Source: Candidatus Latescibacterota bacterium (lineage in GTDB: Bacteria > Latescibacterota > UBA2968 > GCA-2709665). From it: 64,000 bases of DNA. A model generated the notes under the pieces. That model was not told the DNA's origin. It worked only from the letters and a program-made list of their open reading frames with translations, and ran no database searches. The stretch covers positions 640,001-704,000 of the forward strand of contig CBDDDZ010000005.1 of the NCBI GenBank assembly GCA_965226795.1, in the 5' to 3' direction. A program made the position numbers and the translations under genes. This document shows, piece by piece, positions 49,294-59,986 of this stretch; the stretch's first letter is position 1, and each line of letters opens with the position of its first letter.

Positions 49294-52200
49294 TCAGGGC
49301 AACGTTAACCGCCAGACGTCGTTTACGACCGGCCACGTGTTCCCCGCGACAACCCAGAGGCTGTTCCGGAAAACGTAGCACGTGGATTCGTGGCGGGGTG
49401 AAAAGCGGGTGTCGGGTTTGAATTCGTGCCACTCCCTGCCATCTTCGGTATACCAGACGTCCCCCAGGTTGACGGAGTTGGCGTTGTCGTACCCTCCGAT
49501 GATCCAGAGTCTGCCCGCGTAGACTTTCGAAATAAACCACATCCGTGGCGACCAGGGCGCGTGTTCGAGTACGCGGGTCCAGTTGACGCCGTCCTCCGAA
49601 CACCAGACGTCGTTCAGGGTCGTGTAGTCCGGGTAGCCCTTTTCGGGCGGGTCGTTGCGTTGGACGATGCGGCCCCCCATCACCCAGAGCCTGTCGTCGT
49701 ACACGGCCACGGAAGCCGCGGACCGCTCCCCGTAGGTAGCGTCGCGCACGGCGGGGACCCAGTCGAGCCCGTCTCCCGTATGCCAGACGTCACTGCCGCT
49801 GCCAAGCTGCCACATCCGGTCGCGGTGGACGACCAGTTCGCCGTAACCTCGCGCCCGGAAGGGGGTTTCTTCCAGTACCCGTGTCCATTCAATGCCGTTT
49901 CGGGAGTTCCAGACGCTCCCTTTGACGGCCCAGATTCTGTCCTTGTAGGCCGCCATTTCGCTGTAGCCGTCGTAGGGCGTGGCTTCGCTCACCAGATACC
50001 AGCTGATGCCGTCGGATGAATTCCAGAGATCCCGGGTGAGGATACCAGAGTGGTAGTAGGCGTTGCTGATCCAGAGTTTGTCCTGAAACACCACGTCTTC
50101 GGACGTGTCGCGCGGCGTGAACGGGGCGTTGTAAACCAGGTTGATCCAGTCGCCGGTTCTGGTGGCGTTGACGTCGGACGTGTTGATACGCAGGCTGGTC
50201 ACGGTGGGGATTTCGACGGTCGCCGGTCCGGTCCATGAGCGCCCGGGAAAGAATAGGAGGCGGCCGCCTTCCGCCGTGATTTCATAACCGGGGTCATCCT
50301 CCAGTTCCAGCTGGGTACCGCCTTCTTCGAGGTGTTGTATGGCTTTGATTTTGTGGCCGTAGGTAAATCCGTCGCCGTCCGTGACAATGGCGGTGAGGCC
50401 CACGAGATCCACGCCGGTTGGTAGATCGGTATCGATGAGGAGCCCGTCGACGTCGTCGCCCGCGGCCTTGCGCATGGTTTTGAGCACGGCGCCGGTACGG
50501 GTGCCCCGGCCGCCGAGCTTTCGGTTGCCCTTCTTGAGAAGCGTGCCCCCGATGAGGATCATCTGTTCGACTTCGCCGTTTCGCTCTCTGACAAAGCCGA
50601 CCCGGCCGCGGAAGCTGAGGTCTCCGGTCTTGAGCGTCCGGTCGGCGTCTGTCGCGGACAGGACGTGGTCGGTAACGTCGCCGGAGACGATTCTGAGCGC
50701 GGTATCCGTGTCGGTGCCGCCATCCAGGTCCGGACGATCCACGCTGCTGATGGCGGGAATGTCGCCGTGGGGTTCCAGGACGGTGCTGAAGAGGGTGGAG
50801 AGGTTCTCGCCGGTCCGGCGATGAACGAGCAACGGCATGGTGATCTCGTCGAGACGGGTGTCATCCTCGTCGGCATTGCGGACGGAGGGCGCCCGGGCGG
50901 TGAAGAGGTCTCCGTCGGGGCGGGTCAGGCTGTGCACGCGGACCGAACCCGCGGGCTTGGCCATGCTGGTGAATGTCGCGCTCCACGGCCGGGTGGCTTC
51001 GGCGCGCCGCACGTCGCGGATGAACGCATATCCCAGGTTGTGGCCCCCGGCGTCGCCCCTGACGCTCTCCCCTGTGGGAAGGGTGGCGGTCACGCCCGCG
51101 GGGAGCAGCGTGTTGCCATGGGGCTCGGCGGGAAGGTCGATTTCGACGGCGCCGTCGTGGTCCGCGTCGCCTGCGAGGATGTATTCGTGGCGATGGCCGC
51201 CGGCAACCCTGAACAGATCGACCACGTAGGTCTGTTCGGACGACAGGCCGATCTGGAGAAGCAGCCTCCGGTAGGTGGACGTGATGCCCGGATAGGCGCG
51301 GTCGCCTGAGGCTTCGATGGCCTGGAACGTGTCGCTGTGCGGGACGAAAAGCAGGAGGTTGCCGTCCGAGGGCGCGTTTTCGGAGCCGAATGCCTGGTCT
51401 TCGCCGTCCACGGCAACCGTATTGTGCGACAGTGTGCTGATCGTCCAGCACCGGTGGCGCGTGTGGGTGTAGCCGATGTCGCTCAGGCGCTCCTGGCCGC
51501 GTGCGTAGAGGGTGAGGCTCAACAGATCGGCATGCTGGTGGCCGTACCCGCCGGAGAAATGGAGGTACGTCTGGGTCTGGTCGTCGCCGCTTCCCATATT
51601 CAGGCGGGCGTGGCCCATACCCGGAAGGAGCATTGGACCGGACGTTTCAGGGGCGTCCCTCCGTTCTCTGGCCCAGGTGTCATGGGTGGGGACCACACGA
51701 CCGTTGGGATAGCGGAGAAGTTCCGGGATGCCCTTTGCCTTTTTCAGAATGGGAAAACGGGCGTTCAGGTCCAGATTGTCGTAGCGTTCGCCGTCAACGG
51801 GATGGACGTATCCGTCCGGGTCGCTGTAACCGTTCAGTCTCGCCATCACCTGCTGCAGCCCGCCGATGGTCTGATTGTGATAGGACACCGCGCCCTCTCG
51901 CCATGTGCCGTCCACGAGAAAGTTTGCGGCGACGAGTTTTTCGACGCGGTCCACGGCGTCGTGGATATAGTCAGGTTCCGCCAGGACCCGCCCGGCGGCA
52001 ACAAGGCCGCGCAGCAGCGTGGGATCCATGTTGCCGAGCGCCGGCGGAAAACCCCGTATAAAGGCCACGCTGGCGTGGAAGAATTCGTCTTCGATGCGCC
52101 GGACCGTCTTCTCGTCCAGTTCCCCGCTGTCCCGGATGAGGTCGTAGGCGTAGATCAGGTTTTCAGGAATGTCCATGTATGCCCACCAGTCCCACTTGGA

Positions 52201-52839
52201 GGCGCGGTAGTCCTGAACCGGATAGGGAAACCCCTGGTCGCCCGGGAAGATGATTTTCTGGCGGAAGGGCAGGTCGTGGTGGGCACAGTACCCCGGATAG
52301 ACTTCGGCGAAGCGGTTCAGAATGAGGGCCGCCCGACGGGCGAAGGATCGGTCTCCGGTCGCGGAATAGAGCGCGGCAAGGTCGTGGGCGGCGCTGGCGA
52401 AATAGGCCCGCGCCCGGTACCAGCCCTTGGCCTGAAAGAAATGTCTGTACCCGGATTCGTCCTCCCAGTAGGGATATTCCTGGGTCTCACCCACGGGGTT
52501 GACGACGCTCAGGATCCGGGTGTCCGGGAATTTCTCGTTAGGATATTCAAGGCCGCAGAATTTGCAGAAGACACGGTCCGGGTCTTCGATTGCCCAGTCG
52601 ATCTGGCCCTCCTGGGCCCCGCCGTCGCAGTTGGGACAGTCCACAAAGTAGATGCCCGCGCGGTCAGGAATGAGGCGCAGAATTTCACTTTCCGATAGTG
52701 AAAGAACCGGTCGGAGATTTCGACGCAGCCGTTCCGCGTCGGAATCGTCCAGGGCCGGTGGAAAGACCGGGCCGGCGCTGGCGGCGTTAGCCCGGAGCGA
52801 CAGGAGGGTCAGCACGAGGATAGCAGATAGTATGAGCAT
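49294..52839 (-). CDS. Secreted heparinase II/III-like protein with C-terminal Kelch-like repeats
   Basis: Signal peptide; DG.W.EG..SYH, GHQHAD.L, DIGY, SHNTV.VD. C-terminal repeated LW..GG...NDVW.S.DG..W. Confidence 0.75.
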   Translation of the reverse strand: MLILSAILVLTLLSLRANAASAGPVFPPALDDSDAERLRRNLRPVLSLSESEILRLIPDRAGIYFVDCPNCDGGAQEGQIDWAIEDPDRVFCKFCGLEYPNEKFPDTRILSVVNPVGETQEYPYWEDESGYRHFFQAKGWYRARAYFASAAHDLAALYSATGDRSFARRAALILNRFAEVYPGYCAHHDLPFRQKIIFPGDQGFPYPVQDYRASKWDWWAYMDIPENLIYAYDLIRDSGELDEKTVRRIEDEFFHASVAFIRGFPPALGNMDPTLLRGLVAAGRVLAEPDYIHDAVDRVEKLVAANFLVDGTWREGAVSYHNQTIGGLQQVMARLNGYSDPDGYVHPVDGERYDNLDLNARFPILKKAKGIPELLRYPNGRVVPTHDTWARERRDAPETSGPMLLPGMGHARLNMGSGDDQTQTYLHFSGGYGHQHADLLSLTLYARGQERLSDIGYTHTRHRCWTISTLSHNTVAVDGEDQAFGSENAPSDGNLLLFVPHSDTFQAIEASGDRAYPGITSTYRRLLLQIGLSSEQTYVVDLFRVAGGHRHEYILAGDADHDGAVEIDLPAEPHGNTLLPAGVTATLPTGESVRGDAGGHNLGYAFIRDVRRAEATRPWSATFTSMAKPAGSVRVHSLTRPDGDLFTARAPSVRNADEDDTRLDEITMPLLVHRRTGENLSTLFSTVLEPHGDIPAISSVDRPDLDGGTDTDTALRIVSGDVTDHVLSATDADRTLKTGDLSFRGRVGFVRERNGEVEQMILIGGTLLKKGNRKLGGRGTRTGAVLKTMRKAAGDDVDGLLIDTDLPTGVDLVGLTAIVTDGDGFTYGHKIKAIQHLEEGGTQLELEDDPGYEITAEGGRLLFFPGRSWTGPATVEIPTVTSLRINTSDVNATRTGDWINLVYNAPFTPRDTSEDVVFQDKLWISNAYYHSGILTRDLWNSSDGISWYLVSEATPYDGYSEMAAYKDRIWAVKGSVWNSRNGIEWTRVLEETPFRARGYGELVVHRDRMWQLGSGSDVWHTGDGLDWVPAVRDATYGERSAASVAVYDDRLWVMGGRIVQRNDPPEKGYPDYTTLNDVWCSEDGVNWTRVLEHAPWSPRMWFISKVYAGRLWIIGGYDNANSVNLGDVWYTEDGREWHEFKPDTRFSPRHESTCYVFRNSLWVVAGNTWPVVNDVWRLTLP

Positions 52840-52959
52840 GGCGGGGCGTCCTTTCGAATCGGAAGGTTCCACAAAGGCTGCGACGCACATAGCGATAACG
52901 ACCGGCGGACCGAGGGCTTTGCCGGCAATCTATTTCAGGGTCAGAACACTGGGCTCGTA

Positions 52960-54519
52960 TCAGCCCGTCGACGATGCGTTGCGACGCAGTACACGGCCCG
53001 GGAGCGCGCCGGTTGGGGCGCCGTCCTCCACCACCGGCTTTCCGTTGACCAGTACACATTGGATACCCACGGGGCCCCCTCTGGGGTTCTCGAACGTGGC
53101 AGTCGCGTTTATGGTCTGTGGATCGAAGATCACGATGTCGGCGGCTTTACCGGCGGCGATTTCGCCCCGATCGGAAAGGCCGAATCGCCGGGCGGGAAAA
53201 CCGCTCATTTTATGGATGGCTGCAGCGAGAGAGATCCATTTCTTCTCGCGGGCGAATACGCCGGGTACTCGTGCGAAACAGCCGAAGCCCCGGGGGTGGG
53301 GATGGCGCACGTTGTAGATGCCGTCGCTCGCGAGCATCATTCGTGGGTGCGTGACGGTGTTTTTTATGGTGTTTTCGATAATTTCGGGCGTGTCCTGCCA
53401 CGGGAAGATGTAGGTGGACAGGCCTTCTTCCTCCAGGATCAGATCGTAGGCGAAATCCTCCGGATAGACGCCTGCCCTGGCGGCCAGGTCCGAGAGGGTG
53501 GCGCCAACGTAGCAACCGGAGCGGGTGTGGCCGACCACCTGATTGCAGGCGCCCAGCCAACCCCGGAGATGGGGAAGTATCCGCTGCTTCACCGCGGGGT
53601 CGGACAGGTGGTCCAGAACGTCTGACGGAGCGCCGACCTGGTCTTCGACAGGCAGCATGATGGTCATGTGCGACATACCGGCAGGATAGAGGTAGGACTC
53701 GAAGCTGAGGTCGATGTCCTCCCTTTCGGCAAGCTCGAGAAGCTCGGCGCCTTCCCGGTCGGCCCGTTCGTGGGAAATGTGAACGGGAATGCCGGATCGC
53801 CGAAAGATCTCGAATGTTTCCTTCCAGGCCTCCGGCCGGCCGAGAATGTGGTTGCGGATGTGCGCCGCGTAGATGCCCCCGTAGGACGCCGCCACTTTGC
53901 CCAGTTCGACGAGTTCGCGCAGGTCTGAATTGGCGCTGGGCTGATAGTCCAGGCCCAGGCAGAGGCAGCCGGCGCCCGCTTCCATCCATTGCCGCACGAG
54001 GTCGGCCATGGCGTCAATCTGCGAATCGGTGGCCGGACCCGCCGACCAGCCGCAGACGTTGAGGCGCACGGCGCAGTGGGGCACCTGCGGGTAGACGTTG
54101 CAGGGGCTGTTCCCGGGATAGAGCTTCAGGTAGTCCTCGATGGTCTCCCAGGTGAGTTCGATATCCGCCGAGCCGGCTGCGAACCTGGTGTACTCCCACA
54201 TCTGGCTGCGCAGATCGAGAGGCAGCGGGGCCCATCCGAATCCGTCCGGCGCAAGAAGCTGCGTGGTGATGCCCTGTACGACGCCCGCAAACCGGTCGCT
54301 TCCGGTCAGCAGAGCGGGTTCGCAATGCACGTGGACGTCGACGAACCCGGGGCAGACCACGTGGCCAAGGGCATCGATCTCCCGTTCCGCGCGGGTATCC
54401 GCCAGATCGCCCACGGCGGCGATTCGGTCGCCCTGGACGGCGATATCCGCGGAGAAGGGTTCCCGACTACCTGTCCCGTCGACCACGAGGCCGTTGCGAA
54501 TAAGGATGTCGAAAGACAT
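52960..54519 (-). CDS. N-acyl-D-amino-acid deacylase family amidohydrolase
   Basis: IRNG.VVDGTG, PGFVDVHVH, SDG, PHPRGFG.F, G..AD.V.FDP. Confidence 0.88.
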   Translation of the reverse strand: MSFDILIRNGLVVDGTGSREPFSADIAVQGDRIAAVGDLADTRAEREIDALGHVVCPGFVDVHVHCEPALLTGSDRFAGVVQGITTQLLAPDGFGWAPLPLDLRSQMWEYTRFAAGSADIELTWETIEDYLKLYPGNSPCNVYPQVPHCAVRLNVCGWSAGPATDSQIDAMADLVRQWMEAGAGCLCLGLDYQPSANSDLRELVELGKVAASYGGIYAAHIRNHILGRPEAWKETFEIFRRSGIPVHISHERADREGAELLELAEREDIDLSFESYLYPAGMSHMTIMLPVEDQVGAPSDVLDHLSDPAVKQRILPHLRGWLGACNQVVGHTRSGCYVGATLSDLAARAGVYPEDFAYDLILEEEGLSTYIFPWQDTPEIIENTIKNTVTHPRMMLASDGIYNVRHPHPRGFGCFARVPGVFAREKKWISLAAAIHKMSGFPARRFGLSDRGEIAAGKAADIVIFDPQTINATATFENPRGGPVGIQCVLVNGKPVVEDGAPTGALPGRVLRRNASSTG

Positions 54520-54634
54520 AGGATTCACCGTCCCGTTCTTGGGATGCCGGTAGTACCACTTTGCCGGGGTGATTGAGGTTGCGGACAAAAGATAAGCACG
54601 TTTTTCTTCCGACGCATCGGAATTGTGGCGGTGG

Positions 54635-56611
54635 TTACCAGTCGTTCAGTTTGTGCCCGTCTCCGTTGAACCAGATGACGTCAGCGACGACCCCCAGACC
54701 CACGCCCACGAGATATCCCATGAACATACCCAGGAAAAGGGGAGTCATTCGCCTGTAGCTGTTGAGGCCGCCGAACTTCAGTATAAGGGCTTTGATGAGC
54801 CACGCGATGAAAATGGAGGTGACGCTGCTTCTAAGCACGTTGGATGCGGAAATGGTGAAGCCGATGGGATGGATGGGGAATCCCGGGAAGCGGTATCGCA
54901 GGAAAACGAGGAGGCCGGTGAAGGCGGCGCCGATGCCGAAGAATCCGACGCGGTCCCAGCTTGTGCCGGCGGTTCCCTGCTGGATGCGGGCGGCGGTATA
55001 TCGCCAGATTCCCACGGCGCCGTCACCGGAGCCGTTGAAGCTGACCACGCCGAAGTTGTAGCTGCCCACACCGTAATAACCGTGGTAGAGAATGAAGGCG
55101 ATCACGGAAAGGGCGCCGCCCAGGGCTCCCAGGAGAACGCCGGGCGCCAGCAGGCGACGTCGTTCGGGCCGCATGGCCATTCCCAGCCGGGGGATGTGTG
55201 CGAGGGCGGTGATCCCCCAGGTCTTGGCGTCGCAGAAAAACGTGTACGTCAGGCCCAGGGCAACCGCGCTGTGCGCGCCCATCCCGGAAATGCCGAAGAG
55301 GTGCCACGTGAATGCCTGGGCCGTGATCGGGCCGCGCAGATACACGAGGCCGCTCTCGACGATGATGCGCGCCAGACCCAGGTAGAGAACGAGGGTGGCG
55401 AACCAGAAGGCGAGCAGAGGGCCGGCGGCCATTCCGGCGCGGAAGAGCCACACCAGAAGGTACGCGCAACCGGCCAGGAGCAGGTACACGGCCGTACGGT
55501 ATGAGATGAGTTCGTTTGAGTCGTCGATGAGGGGGTCCGCGCCCCCGCGTTTGACACGCGCCGTACCCGCAAAGGCTTTCCTGAATACGGCGGCCAGATG
55601 GCTTCGGGCAACCCAGAGGCCCCAGCCCGTAAAAACAGTGAGACCGCCGAAACTCTGCCAGCCGATGGTGGGATCGAAGGAGCACCACATATCCGAACTG
55701 CCGATGCTGAATCCCGTGCGATTGAAGACGCCGACCTGCAGAATGGCCAGCAGGTGGAAGAGCCAGATGCTGAGCAGGACGTTGGATTCGGTGAAGTACG
55801 CGAACGCGATCGTCATCGGATGAACGGAAAAGGCAAAGTAGGGGAAGCCCTGGCCGATGCGGATAACTTTGCGGCTCAGGACGGTCATGGGCACATCCAG
55901 GACGGGTATGGCTCTTACGAACCAGGTCGCGATGTTCCAGCAGAAGATGGCGACGATCAGCCAGAAACCGAATCGGAACAGGCGCGACCGGATCAGGGTC
56001 GCCAGGCTGCTTTCCGTGCCGGCAACCCCCGTAAGTTCCAGGACGGCGGTGGCGATCGGGAACGTCAGGCGTTCGTTGTCCATCCACTGTTTCCGCAGGA
56101 TGACGACCAGGCAGAAGCTGACGGTAAGCACGGATCCCAGAAATCCGGCCCACCAGAAAAACGGCGCCGCCCAGGCGGCCCAGGGAAATTTCTGGCCCTT
56201 GAAAAGACTCTCATAGAAGCCGGTGGTGGCCGCCGGATCCGAGACAATAGCCCAGGATGGGACCCTGGCGAGCAGGTGGTCTGCCCATTGATTCTCGGGG
56301 GTTACGAAGTAGGTGGGTGCTGTAATCACACCAAGGAGATATCCCGAGAGCCATTCGCCCTGCATGGTTGCGGAAACCATTCCGATACAGCAGATGGCGA
56401 GCAATTCCGAGGCTGAAAGGCCACGACCGCGCCGATACAGCGGGAGATTGAGTCCCAGCAGGCAAATGAAGGGAATGAGCAGGGCCACCGACAGGTGCGC
56501 GTAGTCGGCCCGCGAAGAATGGGCGATCAGGCTGGTGTAGGTGGGCCAGAGGTTGACCCACACGGCCATGACCAGGCCAACGAGGAGTGCGCGCAGCGTC
56601 ATGATTTCCAC
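54635..56611 (-). CDS. Multi-pass membrane protein (DUF6785/DUF6784, OPT-like)
   Basis: Many TM segments; RKQW...ERL.FP, FPIHPIGF and W.IK..ILKFGG patterns. Confidence 0.7.
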   Translation of the reverse strand: MEIMTLRALLVGLVMAVWVNLWPTYTSLIAHSSRADYAHLSVALLIPFICLLGLNLPLYRRGRGLSASELLAICCIGMVSATMQGEWLSGYLLGVITAPTYFVTPENQWADHLLARVPSWAIVSDPAATTGFYESLFKGQKFPWAAWAAPFFWWAGFLGSVLTVSFCLVVILRKQWMDNERLTFPIATAVLELTGVAGTESSLATLIRSRLFRFGFWLIVAIFCWNIATWFVRAIPVLDVPMTVLSRKVIRIGQGFPYFAFSVHPMTIAFAYFTESNVLLSIWLFHLLAILQVGVFNRTGFSIGSSDMWCSFDPTIGWQSFGGLTVFTGWGLWVARSHLAAVFRKAFAGTARVKRGGADPLIDDSNELISYRTAVYLLLAGCAYLLVWLFRAGMAAGPLLAFWFATLVLYLGLARIIVESGLVYLRGPITAQAFTWHLFGISGMGAHSAVALGLTYTFFCDAKTWGITALAHIPRLGMAMRPERRRLLAPGVLLGALGGALSVIAFILYHGYYGVGSYNFGVVSFNGSGDGAVGIWRYTAARIQQGTAGTSWDRVGFFGIGAAFTGLLVFLRYRFPGFPIHPIGFTISASNVLRSSVTSIFIAWLIKALILKFGGLNSYRRMTPLFLGMFMGYLVGVGLGVVADVIWFNGDGHKLNDW

Positions 56612-56695
56612 CGTCGGATTTCAGGAACGGTACACGTCCGGCCCTGGAGACGCGGTCTACGCGTATCTAAAAGGTGTATATGCGCGGGAACGGTT

Positions 56696-57748
56696 CTACA
56701 GGCTTCCCGATACGGCGATTTTTACCGCATCCTTGCCGTCCAGACGGTAGCCGCCCGCAAGGGCGTTGAATCCTTCGGGCACTCGGTCCAGCGGGATCGT
56801 GTGACTGACCATATCGGCAAACGGAAATTCGTTTTTCTCCAGGATGGGCAGGCCGCGCACGAAGTGTTCGGGTGAACTCGCCCAGACGGCTTCGAAGCGC
56901 AGGTTCTTTCGCATGAACATGCGATTCGGGTTGCATTCGAATGACCCGACGTCGACGAAATGCCCCATTTCGACGTAGGTGCCGTCCTGTCGAAGATAGT
57001 CCAGACCCTCCGGTATGGCGGGCAAAAAACCCGCGCACTCAAAGACGACGTCGGCTCCAGTGCCCCTGGGGGTGCCTTCTCTAACCATTCGCTTGCGTTC
57101 TTCGGGATCCGGGACTTCGGCGATGTCGACGGTGACGTCCGCTCCCATTTCGCGCGCGAGATCGAGGCGACCGGGTGGGCCCCCGACCATGATGAGGCGC
57201 CCGGCGCCGCTGACTTTCGCGCAGATGAGTGTGACGAGGCCGATGGCGCCGGAGCCCTGAACGACGACGGTGTCTCCGAATTGAATCCTGGCACGCATGA
57301 CGCCGTGTACGCCGATCGTGAAGGGCTCGAGCATTACGGCGACCTCTGCCGGCAGATCGGTTCTGAAGAAAACGGTTTCCGGGTTCCAGAGATAGATGTA
57401 TTCGGCAAAGCCGCCGCGAAGATAGGGCTGTTCTCCTGCAGGTATGAAACCGTAGGCGCCCTGAGACGTACCGGGCACAAGGGCGATCCGGTCACCGGCT
57501 CTGACCGGGCGCCCCAGGTGGTCATGGGTCACGCCCTCGCCCAGTCTGTCGATAATCCCAACGTTCTCGTGCCCCAGAATGATTTCGTCTTCCATTCTCT
57601 GGTACTCCCAATTGTGCAGGTCGGTGCCGCAGATGCCGGCCAGTTCCTGTTTCAACAGGACCGTTCCAGGGGCCGGTTCCGGGACCGGGTACTCGCGGAT
57701 TTCAAATCGTTCGCCGACCATGACCGAGGCGCGGCCGGTTCGGGACAT
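56696..57748 (-). CDS. Zinc-binding alcohol dehydrogenase (MDR family)
   Basis: GICGTD, LGHE.VG, GSGAIG. Start taken at MSRTGR. Confidence 0.9.
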   Translation of the reverse strand: MSRTGRASVMVGERFEIREYPVPEPAPGTVLLKQELAGICGTDLHNWEYQRMEDEIILGHENVGIIDRLGEGVTHDHLGRPVRAGDRIALVPGTSQGAYGFIPAGEQPYLRGGFAEYIYLWNPETVFFRTDLPAEVAVMLEPFTIGVHGVMRARIQFGDTVVVQGSGAIGLVTLICAKVSGAGRLIMVGGPPGRLDLAREMGADVTVDIAEVPDPEERKRMVREGTPRGTGADVVFECAGFLPAIPEGLDYLRQDGTYVEMGHFVDVGSFECNPNRMFMRKNLRFEAVWASSPEHFVRGLPILEKNEFPFADMVSHTIPLDRVPEGFNALAGGYRLDGKDAVKIAVSGSL

Positions 57749-57976
57749 AAGGCAGTTCCTCCCTCCGGAACTTACGGAAGTTGTTATAAAATCCCGGGTG
57801 CGTTCTCGAGCGCGAGCGAAAGGGTGTCGGTTATGAGGCGCGAGGGGCGCGCTGTGCCGACGCGCAAGTCTGCCCATATCTAAAGATCGGGGTGGACTTG
57901 ACCCAACGCAGACCGACGTTTTTGCAGCCGCTCGAAGACGGCCGGGGGTTTTGAGACAGCTTCTCAGGTGTATGCG

Positions 57977-58777
57977 TCAGGAATGGGCATAGAAACGAAG
58001 TTCCGGGACGTTTCCGATGCAGCCCATTTCCACGGCGTACCTGTAAAAAAGGTTCAATCCCTCCTGTTCGGCACCGCCAAAGTCGTAACGGATCTTGTTG
58101 CCGAGGTAGTCGGCATAGAACCCGGCCGAACAGGGATGTGAAGCCGCATAGGCCTCCGCAATAAGCGGGATCTCCCGGACGCCCAGGGCCTTGGCCCGGA
58201 TCAATTGTCGGGTCTGATCGGGATTCAGCGCGTCCGACCGCCCCGTCCAGCAGGCGTAGACAAACGGAAGGCCGGTAAGCACGGTCCAGGCTTCACCCAG
58301 GTCCACGACACGATAGGGTGCCGTATCCAGGGCGAGCGCCGCGTCCCCGATGATGACTGCGGCGTCGGCGTGATCGAGCATGCGCCCGGCGTCCGGGGGA
58401 TGGTGGAAGATCTCGGGTTTGCATCGGAATTGTTTTCGCAACACGAGACGGCTGAGGACGGTGGACGTTCGGGAGTTGACGTCCAGGGCGAGCGTCCGGA
58501 TATCGGCCGGATCTTTTCGGTGCAGAAGCAGTACGCTTCGGACCGGGCCCCGGGAAGAGATACTGACGTCGGGTACGACGCTGTATGGATCGGGGCCGCG
58601 GGCGATTTCGATGGATGGGATGAGGGCCACGTCGGTTTCGCGGCTGTGAAGGTGTTCCGCGCAGCGGGAGGGCACGTCGTAGGTGAAATCGAAGCAGTGT
58701 TCGATGCGACCGGTTTCCAGAGCGTGCACCAGCGGATGGGTGTTCAGGAAAGAGACGACACCGAGGCGGGTTGCCAT
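57977..58777 (-). CDS. mqnA: Chorismate dehydratase (futalosine pathway)
   Basis: VSFLNT.PL, G.V.SV, SRTS, IGD.AL, DLG.AW...TGLPFVYA.W. Confidence 0.9.
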   Translation of the reverse strand: MATRLGVVSFLNTHPLVHALETGRIEHCFDFTYDVPSRCAEHLHSRETDVALIPSIEIARGPDPYSVVPDVSISSRGPVRSVLLLHRKDPADIRTLALDVNSRTSTVLSRLVLRKQFRCKPEIFHHPPDAGRMLDHADAAVIIGDAALALDTAPYRVVDLGEAWTVLTGLPFVYACWTGRSDALNPDQTRQLIRAKALGVREIPLIAEAYAASHPCSAGFYADYLGNKIRYDFGGAEQEGLNLFYRYAVEMGCIGNVPELRFYAHS

Positions 58778-58788
58778 TCGCGCGGCTT

Positions 58789-59889
58789 TCAGTTCACGAT
58801 TTCGTACCGGGTGTTGCGTCTCGCCGGCCTGTAGCCGGCGCCCCGGATGAGGCGCAACATGGCCGGAAGGCTCATGTCGTCGGTGTGGCTGGTACCGGCG
58901 GCGGAGACGACGTTCTCCTCCATCATGGTGCTTCCGAAGTCGTTGACGCCGTATTTAAGGCCGACCTGGGCAATTTTGGGACCCTGGGTCACCCAAGAGG
59001 CCTGAAAACTTGGGATATTGTCCAGGAAAAGGCGGGAGACGGAAATGGTGCGCAGGTAGTCGTAGCCGGTGGCTTTCTTCCCGTTCCAGCGGGTATTGTC
59101 TGCAGCCAGATCGGTGTCGTCCGGCTGAAAACTCCACGCAATGAAAGCGGTCAGGCCGCCGGTGTCGTCCTGGAGATCCCGGATGTATTTCAGGTGTTCA
59201 AGGCGCTGGTCGACGGATTCGACGTGGCCGTACATCATGGTGGCGGTGGTGTGCATGCCCAGTTCGTGCGCGGCGCGATGCACCTCCAGCCATTCGTGTA
59301 CCCGGTCTTTGCGGAAGCCGATGATGTCGCGAACCTCGTCCGACAGAATCTCGGCCCCGGCGCCCGGAATGGAATCCAGGCCGGCGTCCTGCAGGCGGCG
59401 AATACAGTCCGAAATGGACAGACGCGAGATGTGCGCGATATAGATGATCTCGGTGGCCGAGAGGCAGTGCTGGTGCACGGACGGATAGCGCTCGCGGATA
59501 CTGGAGAAGAGATCTTCATAGTAGTCGATGCGCAGCCTGGGATTCAGGCCGCCCTGCATCAGGATTTCGTTCGATTTTGGGGTTTTTCCGCCCGCGGCGA
59601 CCAATTCGTCGATTTTCCGGAAGATCTGGTCCCGGGGCAGGACGTATCCTTCCGAGGACCCGGGAGGGCGGTAGAACGCACAAAAATCGCAGCGCACCCA
59701 GCAGACGTTGGTGTAATTGATGTTGCGGCCGATATTGTAGGTCACCACGTCTTTCGGCCATTTTCGCATGCGCACGGTGTCCGCAAGCAGGCCCAGTTCC
59801 GTGACGTTGGGATGAGCCATCAGCCGCCGGGCATCGTCTACCGAGATACGCTGTTCAGCGTCGATCTTTTCGGCGATATCATCTATCAT
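58789..59889 (-). CDS. mqnC: Cyclic dehypoxanthinyl futalosine synthase (radical SAM)
   Basis: RNINYTNVC...C.FCAF, MQGG, QASWVTQG, NDFGSTMMEENVV. Confidence 0.9.
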   Translation of the reverse strand: MIDDIAEKIDAEQRISVDDARRLMAHPNVTELGLLADTVRMRKWPKDVVTYNIGRNINYTNVCWVRCDFCAFYRPPGSSEGYVLPRDQIFRKIDELVAAGGKTPKSNEILMQGGLNPRLRIDYYEDLFSSIRERYPSVHQHCLSATEIIYIAHISRLSISDCIRRLQDAGLDSIPGAGAEILSDEVRDIIGFRKDRVHEWLEVHRAAHELGMHTTATMMYGHVESVDQRLEHLKYIRDLQDDTGGLTAFIAWSFQPDDTDLAADNTRWNGKKATGYDYLRTISVSRLFLDNIPSFQASWVTQGPKIAQVGLKYGVNDFGSTMMEENVVSAAGTSHTDDMSLPAMLRLIRGAGYRPARRNTRYEIVN

Positions 59890-59986
59890 CGATCCGTTCT
59901 CCAATCCGTATGTCTCTTCACCGCTTATTCGAATTGGCGATTCTACGAAATGGGCGCAGGGAAGATCCAACGGCTCTGAGCCTGCT

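Noticed and set aside
57917..57965. GTTTTGAGACAGCTTCTC resembling an IS end
   Set aside because: No partner inverted repeat or transposase nearby.
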